Origin: Yuukianura sp. NJ FZ-2021
Lineage: Eukaryota
Assembly (NCBI GenBank): GCA_046563655.1
Contig: CM102290.1
Coordinates: forward strand, 9,610,001-9,674,000
DNA length: 64,000 bases
Direction: 5' to 3'
The position numbers were made by a program, and so were the translations under genes. Below the pieces are notes generated by a model. It was not told the DNA's origin. It did no database searches and was given only the letters and a program-made list of their open reading frames with translations. This document shows, one piece after another, positions 12,888 through 28,751 of this stretch; the first letter of the stretch is position 1, and the number at the start of each line of letters is the position of its first letter.

Positions 12888-15141
12888 ATGGCAGAAGAAA
12901 GGAGAGCAACGAATTACCATGGTTGCCCAGTCGCCAGCTTAACTGCGGCTCTCTCTGCAGGAAAAGATGGACAACTGCTGTTCCAGGACTCGAATCTCCA
13001 GGAACACTTAGCAGCATTTGATCGGGAACGCATTCCTGAAAGGTAAACCTACAAAAGATTTGTAGTGGAATTTTGCACAAGGTTTGTGGATTTGTGAACT
13101 TGGTCACAAAGTTTGTTAACTTTAGCACAAAATCTTAGACCTTCCTTGTGCAAAAGATTTGTGGATGCGTGAAATTGTGCAAAAGTCTTCTCGATTTGTG
13201 AACATTTGCGCAGCTTCGTGTATTATAGATGCGCAAACAATTTTTTTGCAGAGTGGTTCATGCCAAGGGTGGAGCTGCCTTTGGAACGTTTGTAGTGACA
13301 AATGACATTACGCAGTACACAAAGGCCAGGTTGTTCGAAACCGTTGGAAAATCCACACCAGTTGCAGTTCGGTTTTCAACGGTCGGGGGAGAAAGCGGTT
13401 CGGCCGATACGGCTCGCGATCCGCGTGGATTCGCTGTTAAATTTCGAACGGAAGACGGTAACTGGGACCTCGTTGGAAACAATACTCCGATTTTCTTCAT
13501 TCGAGATCCCATTTTCTTTCCGAGTTTCATCCACACTCAAAAGCGTCATCCGGGATCACATCTCAAGGTATATTTTCTTAAAATTCAAAATTGTAAAAAT
13601 ATAAGAATAATAAAATAAAAATGAAACTATTCAGGATGCCGACATGTTCTGGGACTTTTTATCACTTCGACCCGAGTCAACTCATCAGGTAAACTAGAAA
13701 TGCTTCAAAATTTTAAACACCTCACATAATTTTTTGCATAATGAAGATGTTTCGAAGCATTTTTGGAGTTGTTTTGATTTTTTTTTTGATTATAAAATTT
13801 TGAAAGGTGACATTTCTGTTTGGTGACCGTGGAACTCCCGATGGATTTCGGCACATGCATGGCTTTGGATCACACACATACAAAATGATCAACACAAACA
13901 ACGACGCCGTGTACGTCAAGTTCCACTGGGTGACGAACCAAGGAATTCAAAATTTACCAGCGGAGACGGCCGAGGCTTTGGCTGGAACTGACCCTGACTA
14001 TGCCATTCGTGACCTGTACAATGCAATTGCCAATGGGGACTTCCCCTCCTGGACACTCAACATCCAGGTCATGACGTTTGAGCAGGCAGAAACATGGGAG
14101 TTCAACCCATTTGACGTGACCAAAGTGTGGCCTCATGGGGACTTCCCTTTGATGCCCGTGGGGATCATGACCCTCAACCAGAATCCAGCAAACTACTTTG
14201 CAGAGGTGGAGCAACTCGCTTTTGCACCATCCAACTTGATTCCAGGTAAGAAATTGTTGTTTATTGATTACTATTTGTTAAACACTGGCTATCACCCACG
14301 CTAAAATGTGGAACGTGTCGTCATTTATGGATACGTTTATGCTATGTTCACGTTTACGTCAATACTACTTACGCTACGCTTATGATTACAAAAAATTTCC
14401 CGCGCCAGGAATTGAAGCCTCTCCAGACAAGATGTTGCAGGGACGTTTGTTCTCCTACGTCGACACGCAGCGTCATCGACTCGGAGCCAACTACGCACAC
14501 CTTCCGGTTAACCAGCCAGTCGTTCCAGTTGAAACGTTCACAAGGTATGTTCAAACCAGTTTAAATTTAGTTTCAAAATATTTCAAAATTTTGAATTTGT
14601 TTGGAAATGGTCCAGAGATGGACCAATGGCTTACCTCAACCAAGGCTCCCGGCCCAACTACTTTCCGAACAGCGTTGGTGGCTACATTGAGGATCCATTT
14701 GCAGTTCAGTCGACGTTCCCAGTTTCTGGAGACGCCGTGCGCTATGACACAGGAAGCCACGAAGAGTACGACAACTTCACCCAGGTCTCAAAATTTTGAA
14801 CATTAAGACGAGATAAAAACGAAAACTGTTTGAATTAAAAGCTTCGAAATTTTGACTTTTGGTATTTCAAGGTGAACGACTTTTGGACGAACGTGATTGG
14901 TCCAGAGGAGAGGCAGCGTCTCGTGAACAACATAGCCAAAAGTCTCGTCGGAGCCAACGAAACCATCCAGAATCGCACAGTGGACAACTTCACACAGGTC
15001 AACCCAGAATTTGGCCAAATGCTGCGGGAGGCTCTGGAAGCTGCGAAACGCAAGAAAGGAGTCTGCGTCGGCGCTGTTGCAGGCTCATGTCCACGAAGGT
15101 CTTCACCGCGCATCATTCCTACAAAGAAGAGGAAGCAGTAA
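12888..15141 (+). CDS. Cat: Monofunctional heme catalase
   Basis: ATG at 12888 ([15 protein letters not shown]). Active-site [15 protein letters not shown] is split by intron 13043-13251. Also [25 protein letters not shown] and heme-ligand motif [11 protein letters not shown]. Stop at 15139-15141. Confidence 0.96.
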
Positions 15142-16440
15142 GGTCAACGCGGATGTTAATGCCAACGAAACATAGTCAACACGCAGTAGCAGTATAAAAT
15201 AAGGACAATCACTATGCCTAGTAGTTAAGTTTGATTTAGGCAATTTTGTTTTCAATCCTTGATTTGCATAGTTAATGCAATTAAAATCTTTTTTTTTACC
15301 TAATATTAAAATCTATATTAGCGATTTATTGATTAGAATACTAATGAGCGCTGGTAATTCCGCTTCTGCGTAGCAACTGATAGTTTGTTCATTTCGAATT
15401 CCGTAACCGCAGAGTTACAAGTTAATTTGTTTACACTGAAAATCTTTGACACAAAAGCCCAAACTCAAAAAAAAGAACGTCTTCTTTGTTTCCGAATACA
15501 CCCTGCAGGATGTTGCAAAAAAAAAAAGAAGAAGCGCCTGAATTCACAAAAATATAAAGTATTTCTAGGAATTTTAAAAAGGTACCCTCAGATTTTGACT
15601 AAATTTTGAAAAAATCCATGGGCTATAGTCCATAGTTTTTTTTTCAAAACTTGATGTTCGATTTTGGACTTTTGAATATTTGTTAAAATTTGTCATGTTT
15701 TTTGAAGAGATTAGCTATCGTTTTCCGTTTTCGAGATATACATTTTCAAAATTTTATTTTCAAAAACTTTAAAAATTCATATCTCGGGTAAGAAAGGCGA
15801 TAGAGAGGTTAAAACAAATCAAAAAGTTCTGCAAAAGGTTCTGTCTTAATTTTTTATTTGAACTGAATTTATTTTAGTTAACACAAAAATTAGAACGTTC
15901 AATAGATTGTTTACTAAATTTCGATTTTTAACAAGGTACTACAAATAAAAATAAATTCCTACACTAGGAAACTCTCAAGTTCTAACGAAAATTCTACAGA
16001 AAACCTACGGTACGATTACTTTTTCAAAAAGTATTTTTTCAAAAAAAGTGAAGGTTTGTGTTGCGTCTGAAGTTGTTAGTCATGTACAAAAAAAAAAGAA
16101 GAGAATAAACTATTAATAGAACGTTATTTCCTGAAAGTAAATACTGACGGATCACTGGAAGTTCATTAACAATTGACTTAATTAATATAATTAGTTGGTA
16201 AACTTAATTCTAATTAATTAACTTCTGTATAATATACTGAACGATTTGGTTTTCTAACTCTGAAAATCCTGATTTCCATAAATGAACGTTGAGACAGAGA
16301 ATCTTATGGAAGGTGATTCTACTACAAAAGTTTGGAGCTAGAGAGTTTTATACTTGAGTTTTCTGGAAATCTGCACTAAACTTTGATGTGTTAAATTACG
16401 AGTAGTAATTAGTCTAAGGATGATTGGTTTCTACATGTTC

Positions 16441-18783
16441 TTATTGCGGAGCTATATCAACAGAACATGAAAGTGGTTCTTCCAGAAAGTTGTCTTCATT
16501 GTCCGGTTCGGTTTGAAACAGCTTCGTGACTGTCCCGAATCCTTTTGTTTGACCTACCCGAAACAGAAGACGAGATCCGACTTTGAGGTACTCTGGGCGT
16601 GTCAGAAATCGAAAGATAACTGTCGCTTCGTCATTGGTAGACAAAGTGGGAGTGGAGGGGTGTATTAGATGTACTGCCGCAGTTTGACGTATATTTCCAA
16701 TGTGTACAGTCGTTTGAAATCCTTTGCGAATGACAGTGGGGTGATAGAGAACAATGATAGTTGCCTGTAAATGAAAAATTTCAACTGAAGTAGTCAACCA
16801 AACTAACATAACTACTTAACTGTTATAAGATTAACTTAAGTTGATTAGGTTAACCACTTCGGGGGTTAAGGTTTTACCTGAAAGTATAAGCAGGAAGTAG
16901 TTTGTGTAAAGGGGCTGATGAGAACCATTCCAGGACGCGCTTCGACGCTTACATCGAGGCTGAGTGAAGCACTTTGACTGGCCTTGACTGAACGTTGACA
17001 GATTTTGTGCCTTCGTATGGATTTGACTGATACGGACTTGAATGATCCGTCACCATATGGACCTTTACAAAAAATTCAAAAACTTTACCATTTTGAAAAT
17101 TTTATAAACTTCTGATGTGTGAAAACTGGTTGTAATCTTACCCAAGAGCGCTGGTGTCCCTTCAGTAAGAATTCCTTGTGTTAATACTCCACCCAAAACT
17201 ACGCCAACTTCCGGTATTCGAAAAGTTTCGTCAATTTGAAACTCGAGGGGCTCCTGTAAAGATTCAAAATTTCTAAAATTTAAAACTGTGCTATTTTAAG
17301 AAAAAATGGCTAAAGAAGAAAGAACGCATACTTGTTCCAAGCGCTGACGTTCACTGGAGTTCAAGCGAGACGGAAGAAGAAACAGCAAGTTCTTCAGCAG
17401 ATCGATTCCAGTACCGGAGACGCTAGATACCGATATGACTGGAACTTCAACCTCGTTCGGTTGCTTTCCACAGGCAGTGATGATATCGTTGATCGTTCGG
17501 AGACGAACGAGACGCTTATTGTAAGTTCCTAGGCAGTCTGACAGTTGGACAATCAGCTGTTTCGATTGGGCAGAGCTTGAGATATCCACTTTGGTTAGAA
17601 CGACAATCAGGGGAATCTGAAACAAAAAATTTTCGTTAATTTCTTTCTTCCGACGTGTTATACACGAATTTTAGTTAATAATTAATTCAGAATGCCTACC
17701 TGGAGAGCCAGGGCTAACATGAGATGCTCATGAGTCATCTTCGTAAATCCAGTGCTGGTGCTGATCACAAAAATTAAGTAGTGTGGACTGTATCCTGTTA
17801 CACCTTTGATGGTTGTCTTGAGGTACTTTCGGTGACCAGCCAAATCAATAAGGGTCACGAGCTTAGAAGAGAGCTCACAAATAGTTTCAGGAGTTCCTTC
17901 GGAGTAATTGATAGCATTTCCGTTGCTATCAAAGCCAAGAAGTTCATGATTAATAGAAGAAGTTCGTCCCGATTCAATTTCATGCAAATGACGCAGCATA
18001 TTTAGTCGAGCCTTTCCTCTTCCGTCGTCCAGTTCACCCTGAATTAGAACTCCAAGCAAGGTACTCTTTCCAGCATTTTCATTTCCCATCACAGCCACTG
18101 TAATTTGTAACATTTGCTGATCATCCGGAACCTAAAATTCAAGAACAACATTTACTATATTGCTTCATAGCTTCAGATCAAAAGATTAGTGATACATATT
18201 AATCCAAAGTATCAAATTGCTAACCTTCCTGACTAGAACAGTTTTGACCAAGTTTCCATTGCCCGTAACCAGTTCTCGAAGGACCATTGTGGTGGCTCCA
18301 AGACGTTCTGCCATTTGATCCAAAGTGGACAAAGTTGAGATCATTTCTGCTCGACTAATCCCTTTGCGTACCCCTGAATCTTCTACCCCAATTTCATAAA
18401 TCGCTTCCCCTTGACCCTCGCGAAGCCTCCACTTCATCTACAAAGTTACAAAAATATGTGTATAAAAAATTATGCATAAATCGAATTGTTAAATAGCTTA
18501 CCTGTGTCACCAGATGCTCGAGCCTGCTGCTAGAAGGATTGACAAGTTTCAGCTTGTACTCAACATTCCCTTGTTCTGGTTCTGGAGGAAGGTTTTCGTT
18601 ATCCGACGATACTTCCAAATCCTGTTCCAGTGGAACCAGCGGAGACCCACGTCTGTGGACCAGTTGATAACCGTTCTCAGCTGACGGGGTACTTGGACAA
18701 GAAGTGGCTTTTCTCTTGGATGTTGACCCCGAATTGACCTTGTTGGAAGGCCCGGGGTCAAAGAGACTTAGAAAGGAGTCCAT
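16441..18783 (-). CDS. GTPBP2: GTP-binding protein 2 (translational GTPase, GTPBP1/2 family)
   Basis: MDSFLSLFDP start; LPPEPEQGNVEYKLKL; MKWRLREGQGEAIYEIGVED; G1 GNENAGKST; LRHLHEIESGRTSS; DLAGHRKYLKTT; TKVD; C-terminal beta-barrel domains. Confidence 0.93.
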
Positions 18784-19519
18784 AGTAGAGGTCAATCGAC
18801 AACTATACGCTCCGATGGAACGCAGCCAGCAGCAGCTGACAGCCAGACAACAACAGCTGACGGGAGGGAAAACGTCCACCTAAGTTGTTATTGCATGATG
18901 AAATAACAAGTGACGACAAGCAAACGACTTCCGTATGTATTCAAAAATAGTCATTTGTGGCCGCACCAGCTAAGCCGCACCCAATTATTGCACTCGTGTA
19001 GCACTATAACATTTGAGGTACGCACCAGAAAACCTAACTTAAAATTTACAACTTAGAACTAACTTAGGACTTAGAAACTTAAAATTTAGAACAATCCAAC
19101 TTGGAAGCAACAAGAATGTGGCGTTAATAATTAAATGCCCATTAAAATAGTATAGATTAACGGAATTTTTGTTAAAGTAAAGCTAATCCAATGTGTACGG
19201 AAGCTAAAATCTTCCCGCACCTGAGTACAACGCTTTTGTAAATGAAAAAACGATTCGCGAAATTATGTCAACAGCATTGCAAAACTCAAAAATAAAAATG
19301 GAACAAGGTTAGTCGATTAGTCAGAAAGGAATCTCAGGAATGAGATTCAAAAGATAAACGACTTTAAAGTTCCTCGTAGGTGGCGAGAGAGAAATAATAT
19401 GGATAACAGATTCGGTTTTTCGTGGATAAAAAATATGCCCACTTAAATTGGTTTTTATTCTTTAAGTTAGCAGAATCCTGAATGAAACCTAAGAGATACG
19501 AAGTGGAAGGGAACCTCTC

Positions 19520-21108
<1,589 letters not shown>

Positions 21109-21281
21109 GTTTGAATGTCAATTTAGATTTGATTAACAGTTGATTAATCAGTGGACGACAACAACGAGTAACCTAAAAGAGACAGGACCAACAATTTGCC
21201 TTGAAGTTGCTTATGGCAGGGAAGTGTGCATGCTTCAGTATCAGTTTCCGATGTTCCACACAACGAGGCATGCGATTCAAT

Positions 21282-21292
21282 GGAAAGAGAAA
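21282..21292 (-). promoter_or_regulatory. Candidate TCT (polypyrimidine) initiator of RpS3
   Basis: Minus strand reads ttCTCTTTCC about 180 bp upstream of the RpS3 ATG, matching the YYCTTTYY initiator of ribosomal-protein genes. A second candidate (gtctctttt) lies near 21175-21183. Confidence 0.4.
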
Positions 21293-22468
21293 CGAGCCAT
21301 AGAACCTCAATCAAAACCCCATACGAAAATACATGCATTTCCACGAGAGGGAGTTGACACGCAATAAGGCGTCAAATTCAAAATAGGGAAAACCATACAG
21401 TCAGTGCCAGCACTGAATAATTTTGACATGTAAAGTGTCGGCATCTAACTCCCCTTCAGCTGTTTTGATATTATATCATCGTTATATCAAATAAAATAAA
21501 TATATTCTGCAATATGCATTATACACTAAAAATGCAACGTTATTCTTATCTATAATAAGCTTAACTTTAATCACCTAACACGTTTAATTTTTAATTAAAA
21601 CTTTGAAATAATTCCTCAATCAAAATGTGAAAGTAGAGAGATCTAGGGGTACCACAGAAGTGTATATTGGGCTCAGACAGTAATGAGGAGCAAGTCAAAG
21701 GACAATGATTTTTCACGTGTTGTCATACCCAACATATGGGAGTAATTGAAAAATATCTTGTAATATTTTGTAATAACTGTATTTTCGCTTTCATTTATTT
21801 AAATAATTATTAAAGTTAATTGACATATTTTATTCCTTGCAACTTTAGCTAATTGACGATCTTGAAACCAGATTAACTGGATGTCTTATGAAGTGCAGGA
21901 ATGCAACATGTGTTGTGTTAGGCTGTGAGACAGATTTGGCGGGTCTCGGTTCTCCAAGTTTAAATTCCTTACACATGATTTTGATTTTTTTTGTTTAACC
22001 TGTTGCCTATATTCACTGTGCAGTTTTACATTCAAAAATACTGTATTTTTGGTATACTGTATTTTCGCCAGGCTGCGTATGTGCCATAGTGTTTAATGTA
22101 ATGTAAACTTTACATTGTAAAGTCAAATCTCTCTTTGCGGAGGTTTTACATAATACTAAATTTAATTACAATTTATTTTATTAAATCGATTTCCAACATC
22201 CAAGTTGTTAAGCTGCCGGGAAATAGCCGATCAAATCCATTACGTTGTACTTGTTGATTAATCCAATCTCCAAAACGGAAAACAAAAACTTACGTGTACG
22301 TCAACCCGAAAGGTAATCGTTCCAAATTGATACATTTAAAGATATTAACAACCTAAGGACCTTGTGGAACTTGGTATGAATTATTTTGCATACATGGTTT
22401 TTTACTAACATACAACCGCGTCTATTTTGTGTTTATAGATTTATTCAAACCTAAATCAAAATCGGTCG

Positions 22469-22840
22469 ATGCCAGTATACAAGAAAAACTGCCTAACCGC
22501 CTTCCAGCGGGACGATTACGAGCCGACAGAGGAACAGCGCGTTGTCAAGTACATTCGTGGCCGTGGAAACAACTTACATCTCGTTCAAGCGTTCGATGGA
22601 GCCGAATTCCTTGTATCCATGCCGAAGAAGTATCGCCAAACGTTTTGGTTGGCCAAAGGGAATGTTCTAGTCATTGATCCAATCAAGGAAGGGGACAAGG
22701 TCGAGGGAGAAATCCTCTGTGTCCTGGACGAAACATGTTTCCTGGATCTCATCAAGAAAGGATCATGGCCACCAGAGGCTCAGAATCCTAGCAACATCTC
22801 ACGTGATGAAATCATCAAGTTCTATCAGAAGGAAAAGTGA
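22469..22840 (+). CDS. EIF1AD: EIF1AD-like S1/OB-fold RNA-binding protein, intronless CDS
   Basis: RGNNLHLV, FLVSMPKKYRQTFW, VIDPIKEGDKVEGEI and KKGSWP match EIF1AD family motifs; aataaa follows at ~22944. Confidence 0.8.
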   Translation: MPVYKKNCLTAFQRDDYEPTEEQRVVKYIRGRGNNLHLVQAFDGAEFLVSMPKKYRQTFWLAKGNVLVIDPIKEGDKVEGEILCVLDETCFLDLIKKGSWPPEAQNPSNISRDEIIKFYQKEK

Positions 22841-23699
22841 GTTTAAAAACATCTTTACACATCTATATTTTCGCTACACGTTGACAACTTAACTTCGATA
22901 ACGTTTCCTCCGAGTACGTTCTTGTTAAGGAATTACTGTAAACAATAAAAAAAAAACTACCTCCAACATCAATCGGATTGGAATCTCGGAATAAGAATGA
23001 GATTCTTATATTTTTTTTTACTTTTCACGAATCTCGACGGTGTCGTTAATCCTAATTCTAAGATTTCTCGAAATACACAGTTGTACTTTCCATAAATTAT
23101 TTTTCATTAAATTACGTTTTTTTTCATAGTTAATTTCACTTATCACGAAAAATACAAATATTTGGATAAAGAACTCTTAGTATACATTTGCATTAGCATT
23201 GCATTGATTCTCCAGTCCACTGTTCGTGATTCGTATGAAATTATGCAAAGAAAAATCACAAATGAAGACGGAAATGAAAGGCCAGAGAAGGAATTAGCAA
23301 AACATAAAGACTGACTAGAATCTAACTTAACTTTTTTCGACAGCTCAAGTTTGACAAGTCAATTTCACAAAGCTAAAGTAAAGTAAGTAATTAAGGTTAA
23401 TAAATTAAAGTTACAGTGAAGTTACTTAATTATCCTATCATAATTGGTCCAAGTCTAATCTACTGTCTACACGAAAATATACTTTCCAGGTTGACATTAG
23501 AAAAACTTTTAAAGCCTCTGCAAAGACTGGCCGTAGTCGGTAGACTTCCGACAGCTGCAATCCTTGCCTCAGAAGATTATTTCAAAACGTAAATGCAATT
23601 CTTATAGACTTGGATTGAGTTGTAGTTTGGTTAATTTAGATTGACGTGACTTTTTGTAATATAGTTAGAGATGATTTGTAGATTTGTAAAAGTGACGCT

Positions 23700-26010
23700 T
23701 TAGGAACTTTGTGTGTTCGGTTGTTGACCGTTATTGACCAGGTACAGAGCCTCATCGTCACGTCGCAAATGGACAGAGATGAAAACGACTGCAAGGATGA
23801 CCAGGATGGCGATTCCAAGAGATACAAGGACGTAGGCCATGAGCGGAATAATATGGGCTGGACGAAGAGCTCCTTTCAGAGTGTGTTCGACAGCATCGTC
23901 AATGTGAGCTCTCTGTTTGAACCAGACCATGGGGAAGAAAATCCTTGGCACATGTTTGAACAAACTGAAACAAAAATGTAATTTTTCCAAAACTACTGCG
24001 AGTCACCATTCACCATTTCCTGGAATTTGAAAACTTACCTGAAGTGGGGATCCGGTTGAAGAAGAAAGTTGATTTGGAATCCAGCAGAAACTTGAAGGGG
24101 AACTCCAGTTACCTTTCGAAGAAAAAAAAAGCCATGAAAACTTAATTTTCATTTCAAAGTCTTAGGTTTCGGATGTCTTTCGAAATTTCGAAATTTTTAC
24201 CGGTTCCAAATCCAGGTAGAACTGGTGGAGGCTTTGTTGTGGATTTAGTCCTTCCACGGCTTCTCTGTATACTGGATCCGCTTGGTAGAAATGCGGATTT
24301 GAGAAGAAGGCCGGTGCACCCCATCTGTTAAACGAAACGTTTTCGTTAAACAAATAAACGTTTTTGTTTAAAAACTAAACGTTTCCGTTTACACCGTAAA
24401 CATGAGTAAATAATCGGCGGTTGATAAATCGCATACTTGCAAGTTGTAGCGTTGAGGATCCCGTTAGGATGGCAAGTTCGTCCATTATCACCGCAGTAGC
24501 ACCTGAAATTACAAGAATCACAATCAGCTTTAGGGTCAAAGGTCACCGTGGCACAGTCACGGTGATTAGAATTTCGTTAGGTTAACGTTGTTAGGTTCTA
24601 TTACTTACCAGTTACCGGCGTTAGATGTTTTGTTGGAAAACATACTGTCGCTTCCCCAGTATCGGTATCCCTCAATTCCAGAAACTGTGACTTCTTCCTT
24701 GAAGTCCAGTTGCAGTCTCCGGCAAATGTCTGAACTAAAAATTTCAATGGATCCTTTTTGTTGAAATGGCGGAAATAACTCTCCAGCCGATCCACCAACA
24801 AATCCGCAAGGCCGGGGGAAAAACGGAGTCGTCGTTTCATTGTTCCACTTCATCAACATCCCAACAGACACTCCATCTGTCCTCATGTTGTAAATTCCGT
24901 CATAGTCTGCCGAACCGTTTCTCTAAACACAAGGAACACAGCAGACAATCAATTGGTTATCATCAATCAATCAATTAACTTTACTTAATTAACTTACGGG
25001 ATACATCCATCCAAACTTATCAAAAGGAGCTGAGCCTTTGGTGAACTTTGAGAGGTCAACCAGCGGATCCTTGTATCCATCGAAGATAAACTCACGAGCA
25101 GTCCGTGTTGCAAAGTGTTTAGTTTGGAGACTTATGAGCATAATGTTCAGAAGATCTTTTACGAAAGTTTTGGCGTCTCGAAGTGTATAAGCTGCTGTCT
25201 GTAAAAGTCAATAAAAATCAAATGATCAATAACTTAGTTACACAAAGTGAATCATGGCACAAAAACAAACACTCTATAAAAAATGTTTTAAAGATTAAAA
25301 AAATGAGTCATAAGCATGCGACATTCGCAGTTTTGAATCAACAAAGATCACAATTTAGAAATGGCAAGTTTAGCATTTTGAGGAATTGACTCATCTTGAT
25401 ATAAATAGGTTGGAACTTCTGGAATAACTTACGACGGCAGGAACGTTGAGCGTGGTGATGAGATCATCCAAAGTCCCATTGCTCAAGTTGGGTTCAAAGA
25501 TCCAAGTTCGATTTTGACGGTAGGAAATGGTGTTGTTCTCGGGGAACCAACCATGGATAACCTTCGTACGATGTTCCCTGTAACCAAATTCATCAAATTA
25601 TCAATGACACTAGGTGTTGCTTTGTTTTGGAAATCAAAATTGAATTAATCAATGATAAATTATGTACCGAAACACATAAGGTCCTAGTTCTCGTACAATT
25701 GGTTTCTTAGTAGGATCATTAATTTCCATTGGATTAGTCCAGTTGAAGAGGTAGAAGTCCATGTAGATTGGAATCGGAACGTCTTTCCACATTGGATAAG
25801 TTTGTGAATTGTTACTCAAAGCCACTTGCTGCAAAGAATTGCAAAGAACTAGTGAATCAGTCGAATCTTACATTCAAATTGTTGTCAACTTACTTCGATC
25901 ACCAGTGACTTGAATACTACAGGCCAGACGATCAGTACGATGGTTCCAATGATCGTTAAGAGGATGCCAAGTATTGACAGGCATCTCCAACGCGTACAAA
26001 TTGGTGTCAT
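23700..26010 (-). CDS. Class B scavenger receptor (CD36 family, croquemort-like)
   Basis: N-terminal TM (ILGILLTIIGTIVLIVWP); WKDVPIPIYMDFYLFNWTNP; ELGPYVF; GGSAGELFPP; SSDICR; GAPAFFSNPHFYQAD; LEPVTGVP; C-terminal TM. Confidence 0.93.
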
Positions 26011-27677
26011 TTTGAATTGAGTCGTGGAAGGTTGGAAGACGTAGGTTGTGTAAGATGAGAAGACGACTAGAATTCTGGAAAAGTCCTTTGAATGCAAAGC
26101 AACAGATCGAGAACCTTTTGTTCGATTTGACTCTTGTCGTTTTTCGAACTCCTTCCTGCGACGCCAAACGAGACGAGGCAAATATATGTTGATATTACGC
26201 CTTCTTCGGTTGTCACGCTAACGACTGCTGGAGTCCCTAGAAATGTTAAGCAAAACAGAAAAATAATCCAATTAGTAGGTTCAATTACTTTGAATGAATA
26301 CAAATGAATTTCCCATGATTGAATAACCAAACTAAAATATTTAATATTTCTGAAAGAGACTACCCAAAACCCAGCAAAAATAACAAACGTTTTTACAAAA
26401 CCAATGTTTTTGTATCGCATCACCGCGGAGACAGCAACTTACGTGAACAATGAATGATCCTGTGTCACGCCAATCACCAACACGCCATCGGTCTTAATTC
26501 AAGTTGTCCAGGAGTGACAGGAGTTGCCCAGTTACAAACACGTTTCCTACTCAAATGAGATGGTCCCGAATGATTTTCGTATTACTTGGCCTCGACTTTG
26601 ACCTTTCCTGTCTCTTGTCCTCTCGCTCGTCTCCTGACACAAAGAAATAAGATATTTAACTTCAGACTTTACTTGATTGAGTGCATAAAGATACTGCCTT
26701 CCTGTCCGTGTTTAAACTCGAATAATAGTAAGATAACTTACCCTCTACGGTGCTGCAGGATGACGAAGACGAACGATGATGATTCCTCCCCCACCCCCGA
26801 CGTTAAAGTTAAGGATGTCGATTAACTTTTCCCAATTGTTATCTTGTTATTGTTAAAATTGTTCTCGTCTCCTCACGTAACGAAGAACATCGTATGGGTA
26901 TGCGTATGACTCACTTAGTATTCACAAATTCACAGAATCCAAGTCTGAAGTACCACATTAAATCCAAGGGCAGAAGATTATAAAAGTGAAGATCACTCTG
27001 GGAAGAATCCTCGTCTTCAACGGATGTACCTCGGTTTTCAATTAACCTAGATAGTATGTGCAAGCAAAATGTGTATAAAGTAATTTGTTAACTAATTCAC
27101 ATTGATTCCTTGATGTTTATTGAAAAAAATCTGTTATTGTTTCGCTTACTAATCATCTGATCAAAAAACTAAACAAAATAAAACCTGCTGTTTCCTTTTT
27201 CCTCGTGAGTGCGAATTTTGCAGATGGACTTTCCGTGTTGATTCAGATGTAGACACATATGTCAGCAAATTGTTGTGCAAACGCGTTCAAATACATTCTT
27301 AAAACACGTTTTGATGATATTTTAATTTCAAAATTTGTATTTTCGAAAAATTCTTGAGAAGTGAGAGCAGGAAATCGAATGGTAAAAAAATGTAAACAAA
27401 AACAAAGAAAAAATTGTGGAAACGGCTTCGCGGGAATCAAGAAACCTGGAATTCCGTGGGGCGCATGTGGAAGGAAAAAATTTTAAGAAAGTTTTATGTG
27501 ACAAACATTAAAATAAGCTAAAGTAATTTAAAAATTGGTGAATTATTCAATTAGTTGTGTAAATAAGCCAACTGAACCCAGTTTGCTAGAGAATTTGATA
27601 TTTATTTATATTAAGTTTTAGTTTTAATTTACTTTTTTTTGGAATTAACGATTTCCAACAGCAGAAGTCAAAGTTGT

Positions 27678-27755
27678 TAATAATGATAATTAATCATAAT
27701 AATTAATAATAATAATAATTGAGAATAATGAGAATGCTACGAATAATAATAATTT
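27678..27755. repeat. Imperfect (AAT)n microsatellite
   Basis: aataatgataattaatcataataattaataataataataat... Confidence 0.6.
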
Positions 27756-28751
27756 TAATAGTAACAAGGATAGTCAATGGTGTGATTTAGTTAATTACCT
27801 TAACTAACGGAGAGTTTAGCTTCTTTTTTCTTTGGATAATTCAGTACAATTCGACTGCTTCGCTTTTTCACTGACATTTTTTTCAAAGGTCATGGAGGTC
27901 GCTTCAAGGTCACTGACAGGCGGGAACATATGAAACGCTTTGACCTTTGACCTTTGTCTTTTGATTTAAAAAAAGGAATTAGGTGTATGGCTACTTGAAA
28001 TCATCAGTGGTTTCAAAATAAAATCATATTGTTTACACGACGACTTCTTCTTCGTTATCCGCAACAACTTTTTCATTTTTGACTTAAAGTGTAGAACTTT
28101 TAGGAAGTTGAGAGTTTTCAAAAATTTGAACCAAATTTTCTCTAAAATTAAAAAAAAAAGCAGAAAATAAAGAACGTAAAACAAACAAATAAATAAATCA
28201 CATTTATTTTGGAATTCAAGAAAAACTAAAAATCTCACCGGCTTCAATATTCTAAAAACTGAAGTAAACGATTTTAACAAACCCAAAAACCGAATTTAAG
28301 AAACCCAAACGCAACTTTTGGAACAACGACAGAAAAACGTTTTCACTCTTTCCCGTCCCTACAGTTCTACTAATCTTGTCGAAACGTTTTTCAATCCTTT
28401 AACATACAAAAGCTAAAAAGCTATAAGTATTTTTGACGAATTTTTTTTTGAATTAGTTTTTATAGTAGTTAGGTCGAAGATGACCACACCTCGACCTCTG
28501 ACCTTTTGAACCAGGTCAAGTAGCCCAAATTTGGTCATCCCGAAAATTTTAACATTTTTTTAACTTTTTTCAATCATTCATTTTTTCATTCATATAATTT
28601 TTCCTCTTGATTTTTGAAATGGTTCCTCCATGGCACGGAGGCTCTACCGGGGAAAGGGGGCAACTTTTGACCCCCTTGACTACATACATTCTTTTTTTAT
28701 GCGGGAATCACGTTATGGGATATGGGACAGTTGATAAATAACACGGTTTTA

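Noticed and set aside
12888..15141. Horizontally acquired bacterial catalase (short N-terminus)
   Set aside because: It has multiple introns and animal-like sequence ([29 protein letters not shown]); a phylogeny would be needed to claim otherwise.
3304..15141. PPM1D-EXO1-catalase as a functional DNA-damage gene cluster
   Set aside because: Adjacency in a gene-dense genome is expected by chance; there is no evidence of co-regulation in the sequence.
15495..15830. Tc1-type MITE downstream of catalase (caccctg; inverted tcgagatat/atatctcgg)
   Set aside because: Only fragmentary symmetry; matching termini and TSD could not be defined.
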